64,000 nucleotides of DNA from Eledone cirrhosa. Lineage: Eukaryota. The notes beneath the pieces were generated by a model. The model was not told where the DNA came from and searched no databases. It saw nothing but the letters and a program-made list of their open reading frames with translations. The stretch spans positions 274,846,001 to 274,910,000 of the forward strand of contig OZ024741.1 of assembly GCA_964016885.1 (NCBI GenBank), in the 5' to 3' direction. A program made the translations under genes and the position numbers. Position 1 is the stretch's first letter; every line of letters starts with the position of its first letter. Positions 56,830 through 64,000 of this stretch are shown here, one piece after another.

Positions 56830-56940
56830 TATATGTATATATATATATGTATATATATATACATACATATATATTTATATATATATATAGTATAAATGTA
56901 ATTATATATATTATATATGTGTCTATATATATATATATAT

Positions 56941-57326
56941 ATACGATATTAATAAATGGAAACTATATTTATAGAACCATATTTATTTCATTATACATAT
57001 TTCAGGGATACCACATTAAATTATGGTATGCCTTCATCAGACAAAATACACTATCCAGACAGCCTCCAAAAGTAATGATTGTATTTTAATAGGGTACGTC
57101 AAAGCTATTTGTAAAACTGTTATATATTGTATTTTGTCTGATGAAGGCATACCATAATTTAACGTGGTATCCCTGAAATATGTATAATGAAATAAATATG
57201 GTTTTATAAAAATAGTTTCCATTTATTAATATCGTATATCTACTCCAAAAATTTGTCGAGTGCTTTATATCAGTTATAAAAATATTTACTTGTTGTATCC
57301 CAACAATTTTAAATAGAACTTTTGCA
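56941..57326 (+). mobile_element. fold-back element F7 with a hammerhead in each arm
   Basis: About 110-bp arms 56941-57050 / 57128-57237, right tail ACTC-CAAA-aa-TTTG-TC-GAGTGC; (TA)n flanks. Confidence 0.8.
57131..57193 (+). ncRNA. type I hammerhead ribozyme (mirror copy 56985-57047, minus)
   Basis: ATTTTGT CTGATGA AGGCATACCAT...GTGGTATCCCT GAAA TA-TG-TA TA ATGAAAT. Confidence 0.7.
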
Positions 57327-57366
57327 TATACATATATATATATATATATATATATTTGGAGGTGAT

Positions 57367-57480
<114 letters not shown>

Positions 57481-57590
57481 TAATTTCCTTTGATGTCGAC
57501 ACATGTATACACATCAATATATATGGGGATATATTTGCCAAAAAATATAATTGATACTATGTGTATATGTATGTATATATATGTACACAT

Positions 57591-57660
<70 letters not shown>

Positions 57661-57747
57661 CATATTTATATATATCTATATATATATATATAAAAGTAAA
57701 AAAGATGAAATCGAAAATTCAACTGGAGTTGTGTTTTTTTAAATATA

Positions 57748-58141
57748 CGAGGGTAATCCCAAAAGTAAGGTCTCCAAAGCGATGGGGACGCAGAGAAACT
57801 GTTCGTACGGCTGTTGGCAACACTGTTGTGATTGTTGCTTCCTTCACTCCCAAACAAGCATGCGCACACTTCGCTGGGATGCTCAATCTTGGCTTGGCAG
57901 CCGTTGAGAATGGATCTCCCGTTGAACGCTACCGCCAAGTGCGAATTTCGCGCAGTTATTATCTACGAGTACAATCCCAAAAATAAGGTCTCCTTCCGAG
58001 GAAAACATGCGTAAAGATCGGCGGATCACTCTGGATGCTCTCTGCATTTTGGTTCCTAAGGTTTCCCGAAGCACCATCCACAGGATTTTAACGGGAAAGT
58101 TGCAATATCGGAAGTAGACCTTACTTTTGGGATTGCCCTCG
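57748..58141 (+). mobile_element. non-autonomous mariner deletion derivative
   Basis: TIRs CGAGGGTAATCCCAAAAGTAAGGTCT / AGACCTTACTTTTGGGATTGCCCTCG, TA TSD, transposase remnants MDLPLNATAKCEFRAVI and EENMRKDRRITLDALCILVPKVSRSTIHRILTGKLQYRK. Confidence 0.9.
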
Positions 58142-58167
58142 TATATATATATATATATATATATATA

Positions 58168-58691
<524 letters not shown>

Positions 58692-58904
58692 CAAATATAG
58701 TTTCAGCGAGATCGTATTTCGGCGGTGGACAAAACAAAATGAAACGCAATCTTCGAGATATGCTGTCGAGCGCTCAATGGACTAAGAAGAAACCAGAGCA
58801 ATTAACGTGTGTTATAAAGGCCAGATAAAATGAAAACAGTGGTCGTGAAGTCAGCAGCCGCCGTAGCAGAAAAGACATAGATATAGATATAGATGTGTAT
58901 GTAG

Positions 58905-59494
<590 letters not shown>

Positions 59495-59497
<3 letters not shown>

Positions 59498-59695
59498 GAA
59501 GTTATATTTAAATTGTTGGGATACAACAAGCAAATATTTATATAACTGATATAAAGCACTCAACAAATTATTGGAGTAAAAATACGATATATTAACAAAT
59601 GGAAACTATATTTATAAAACCATATTTATTTCATTATACATATTTCAAGGACACCAAGTCAAATTATGGTGCGCTTTCATCAGATAAAATATAAA
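59495..59695 (-). mobile_element. family F7 element with hammerhead core
   Basis: Reverse complement of 57130-57320, CTGATGA and GAAA retained. Confidence 0.7.
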
Positions 59696-60038
59696 TATAT
59701 ATATATATATATGCCTAAATGTGTGTCTCTGTATCTCTGTATCTACGTATATGTGTGTAAGTGTTCTTCATTGTACATATGCATGTGTTCATGTACGTGT
59801 CCCTACGTGCACGCGTGCATGTATTAGTAAGAGCTTGTGTGTCCATGTGTGCGTATGAGTGTGAGCGTGTTTGTTTTTGTGGGCATGCATGCATACGTAT
59901 ATGTACGTACTCCTGCGTGCACACGCGCATGTGTGAGTGTTTGCGTGCCTGTATACATATGTGTGTGTATCTGTCCATTTGTTTGCGTGAGTATGTGTGC
60001 GTACGTTTACTTGCGTACGTGCGTGTGAATGTGTGTGT

Positions 60039-60128
<90 letters not shown>

Positions 60129-60292
60129 ATGTGTGTACGTGTAAATGTGTGTGTGATTACGTGGCTGCAGGCTTCTGTAAATACAGAATGTTCTACCATT
60201 TCAATGGTTCTGTTTTACAGAATGATAACACACGTTAAACTGTAATGGAGCGCTTTAGTTGTTGTATGTTGAGAACCAATTATCTGGCAGAC

Positions 60293-60370
<78 letters not shown>

Positions 60371-60430
60371 TACATACATACTACATACATACATACATAT
60401 ACAAAAGGCAAACAAAAATAATAAAGCAAA

Positions 60431-60491
<61 letters not shown>

Positions 60492-60600
60492 AACGGCAAA
60501 CAGAAATAACAAAGCAAACGACACACACACAGACACACACATATAAGCGTGTTTGTGTGTGTGTATATAACAAATAAACACACACATACACACATATATA

Positions 60601-60635
<35 letters not shown>

Positions 60636-60995
60636 TTTCATACGATGCTATGTTATCCGCCATTTTGCAACAGCCGCCGACAGAATTACACTATGTCTGT
60701 CATCACGTGACAAGACGCGATTCTGCGTTAATTGAAACGTGGCCGTTTTGTGTTAAACATATGTCGGCTGGAAACGTTCCTTCATTATTGTTTCTTTCCA
60801 TTTTACAAACTCCCCCTCCTCCTCCTCCTCCTTCTCCTCCTCATCCGCCTCTTCAGTAGCCATTATTTTCTTTTGTTTTATTGTAAATTCCTTTCCTGCC
60901 TCTCTTTCTCTTCCTCAACATCTATCTACCAATCTATCTATCAATCTATCTATTTATCTATGTATCTATTTATCTATCTATCTATATATCTATCT

Positions 60996-61087
60996 GTGAT
61001 AACATTTTACACGTTTTTATTGTATGTAAACTTCCCCCCTTTGTATTTGTCCCCTTCTTTTGTGCCCCTGTGGCTAATAAAGAAATA
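60996..61087 (+). mobile_element. 5'-truncated 3' end of a Tx1 element related to 28721-34451
   Basis: GTAAACTTCCCCCCTTTGTATTTGTCCC...GTGGCTAATAAAGAAATA aligns with 34391-34451; 17-bp TSD TATCTATATATCTATCT (60979-60995, 61088-61104) in a (TCTA)n tract. Confidence 0.85.
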
Positions 61088-61288
61088 TATCTATATATCT
61101 ATCTATTTATTTATCTATCTATCTATCTAGCCATCTAGCTATCTGTATATCTACCTATCTATCTACCCATCTATCTAGCTATCCATCTATCTGTCTGTTT
61201 GTCTATCAGTCTGACTGTCTTTCGATCTGTGTGTTTATATGTTTCTCTTTCTCTATCTCCGCCCTCTCTCTCGCTCTCTCTCACACAC

Positions 61289-61372
<84 letters not shown>

Positions 61373-61373
<1 letters not shown>

Positions 61374-61510
61374 GTAGGTCCCGGGTTGAGTCGGGGATAA
61401 CCACAGTAAGTAAGGTACTCAATACATGGCAGAGTAAATTTTTTTTTATTTTATATGAAGGAGCTTCTACAGGTCTAGTACTGTTTCATTCAGATGAAAT
61501 CTTCAGGAAG

Positions 61511-61512
<2 letters not shown>
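61373..61512 (-). mobile_element. family F2 element
   Basis: Hammerhead plus ACTC...GAGTAC tail; (TA)n flanks. Confidence 0.75.
61462..61512 (-). ncRNA. type I hammerhead ribozyme (best-paired copy)
   Basis: Minus strand AGCTTC CTGAAGA T-TTCA-TC-TGAA-T GAAA CAG-TACTAGAC-CTG TA GAAGCT: 6-bp stem I, GUA site. Confidence 0.8.
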
Positions 61513-61562
<50 letters not shown>

Positions 61563-61568
<6 letters not shown>

Positions 61569-62028
61569 TGCCCCCTCGTTATCGAGTATGGCCATTGCAC
61601 GATATACCATTATTAATGGTGGATTGGCAGTATCGGTAGAGGGTCGGACGCCTTGCGTTGACGCATAGAGTTACGGCCCTTGCCATTCTGAGTTCAATTC
61701 CCGCCAAGGTTAACTTTGCCTTTCATCCTTTCGGGGTCGATAAAATAAAGTACCAGTAATGCACTGGGTAATTGCTGGCCTTGTGCCAAAAGTAGAAACA
61801 ATTATTAATAATTATTAATTAATTCTATCGAGCAATGCCTGTGCGTGAAGATATTTTTTAAAGTGAGGAATGACTGTGCACTGAGCCAATCCCACTCTCT
61901 GAGCGACAGTAGCTATAACCCGAAAAGAAGAAAAGATCAACATCGTCGGTAACTACTGGCTGCAGGTTTTATATCGGAGTTATCCCACTTTCCTAGGTTG
62001 CCTTCTCCTAGAAAAAGCTAGGGGTCCT

Positions 62029-62030
<2 letters not shown>
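61563..62030 (-). mobile_element. diverged RTE-derived non-autonomous element with nested SINE
   Basis: Patchy similarity to the 16432 family (GGCTGCC..CTCGTT.TCGAGTA.GGCCA; GCAATGCCTGTGC; TGCAGGT.TTATATC.GAGTT; TTCTCCTAGA). Confidence 0.55.
61618..61800 (+). mobile_element. tRNA-derived SINE with TSD ATTATTAAT
   Basis: Matches the 6260 family; ATTATTAAT at 61609-61617 and 61801-61809. Confidence 0.85.
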
Positions 62031-62069
<39 letters not shown>

Positions 62070-62257
62070 ACATGCCCATATACATATATACATAGATGTC
62101 TTTCGATCTATCATCTTATCTATTTATTTTTCTACCCCTATCTCTCCGTCTTATATATTTGCATGTGTGTATACATGCGTTTGTATGTATATGTATATAT
62201 ATATATATATGTGTGTGTGTGTATGTGTGTATCTGTCTGCGTGAGAGAGAGAGAGAG

Positions 62258-62326
<69 letters not shown>

Positions 62327-63319
62327 GTGTGTGTGTGTGTGTGTGTATCTGTCTGCGTGTGTGTATGTGTCTGTGTATGTGTGTGAATGTGTATGTGTGT
62401 ATGTGTGTGTGTGAGAGAGAGGGAGAGAGTGTGTGTGTGGGTGTGTGTGTATCAATCTGCGTGTGTGTATGTGTTTGTGTCTGTGTGTGTATGTGAATGT
62501 GTGTGTGTGTGTGGGAGAGAGAGAGAGTGTGTGTGTGTATCTGTCTGCGTGTGTGTATGTGTCTGTGTCTGTATGTGTATGTGTATGTGTGTATGTGTGC
62601 GTGAGAGAGAGAGTGTGTGTGAGCGTGTCTATCTGTATGCGTGTGTGTATGTGTCTGTGTCTGTATGTATATGTATGTGTGTTTCTGTGTGTGTGTGTAT
62701 GTGTGTGTGTATCTGTCTCTGTCAATCCAAAAATCTATCAGCTCCCCCCCCCCTACTATTTCTCTGTTCTATTTGCTCTATCACACAGATGTCCTTTTTA
62801 TGTGTTCTCTTATTATACATTTTAACCCTTTCTTCCCCAGCCTTCTAGTCCCCCTCTCCTCCTCCAACCTCCACTCTTTCCCCCCTCCCAGCTACCCTTC
62901 CTCTATCCTCTCCCCATAATTCCTCTCCTCCACTTCGTATTTCCTTCCCCCTCTATCTTTATCTGTCTCTCCTTCTCTCTCTATCCCCTCCCTCTCTCCC
63001 CTCCCACACTCCCACCCCTCTCTCTCTCTCCTCTCCCCCTCTCTCCCCTTCCTCTTCCCCTCTCTTGTCTACCCCCTCCCCCCACACACTGTCTGTAGTT
63101 TCCAGTATTTTACGAACGTTCATTGAATTAAACCTGACAGATTCCTTTCGAATTGCAGAGACACCACGTGACTATTGATGACACAAGATGGCGCCCCTGT
63201 TGACCGAGACGGGTTTGGTAGGGGCAGGAGGTGGAGGGGGAGAGGAGTTGGTGGGGTAGGTGAAGGGGTGGGGGTAATTGATGAGCAGACAACGAAGTGT
63301 TTATGGTGTCAATGAGACA

Positions 63320-63830
63320 TGGATACTTTCCAGCGCTGAGATCGAACCCTAGGTGAATTACTAAGCCATGACAGATACTTCCCTGTATTGAGATCGAACC
63401 CTAGGTGAAATATCCAGCCATGATAAATACTGCCTTGGGTTGAGATCGAACTCTAGGTAAATTATTCAGCCATAACAGATACCGGCCTGTCTTGGGATCG
63501 AATTCCAGGTGAATTACACAGCTATGACAAATACTTCCTTTACTGAGATCGAACCCTAGGTGAATTACTAAGCCATGACAGATACTTCCCTGTATTGAGA
63601 TCGAACCCTAGGTGAAATATCCATCCATGACAGATACTTCCCAGTGCTGAGATCGAACCCTAGGTGGATTACTAAGCCATGACAGATACTTCCCTGTATT
63701 GAGATCGAACCCTAGGTGAAATATCCAGCCATGACAGATACTGCCTTCGGTCGAGATCGAACCCTAGGTAAATTATTCAGCCATAACAGATACGGGCCTG
63801 TCTTGGGATCGAATCCCAGGTGAATTATAT
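63320..63830. repeat. 52-bp satellite, about 10 units
   Basis: GATCGAAC anchor every 52 bp (63340, 63392, 63444...). Confidence 0.92.
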
Positions 63831-64000
63831 GTCAAGACAGATCAGTATACATGACGAAACTAAACAACAACAACAACAATAACAGCAACAACAACAGCAA
63901 CACTAGCAACAACAATAAGTTAATGAAGACAAAACAAATCTGTTATTTACAGGAGAATGTTTTGTTTTGTCTTTTGAATTGCCTGAACAATTTCTTTAAA

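Overview
AT-rich, microsatellite-saturated animal genomic DNA. The dominant tRNA-derived SINE resembles octopod/cephalopod SINEs, but this is recall, not a search result. I can support no host protein-coding exon: nearly all short ORFs in the track are translations of (TA)n, (GT)n, (CAA)n or (GGT)n repeats. Four things stand out. (1) A near-intact full-length L1/Tx1-clade non-LTR retrotransposon (28721-34451; ORF1 with a CCHC knuckle, ORF2 APE-RT-Zn finger, 1145 aa) sits in a 53-58 bp satellite array. A 92-bp 3' fragment of a related element (60996-61087) has the identical junction GAAATA|TATCTAT and a 17-bp TSD, suggesting a (TCTA)n/(GATA)n-targeting lineage. (2) A 5'-truncated Penelope-like element (GIY-YIG ORF, hammerhead in its 3' end) is accompanied by about 20 small fold-back elements of several unrelated families, almost all embedded in (TA)n. 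Many carry type I hammerhead ribozyme motifs and share a covarying RCTC...GAGYRC hairpin in a one-sided 3' tail. (3) There are many SINEs, RTE- and CRE-clade relics, mariner/pogo/hAT MITEs and several satellites. (4) A few unique islands carry CACGTGAC and YY1-like motifs, two of which (17.6-19.4 kb and 63.1-64 kb) look paralogous. All folds and alignments were done by eye.
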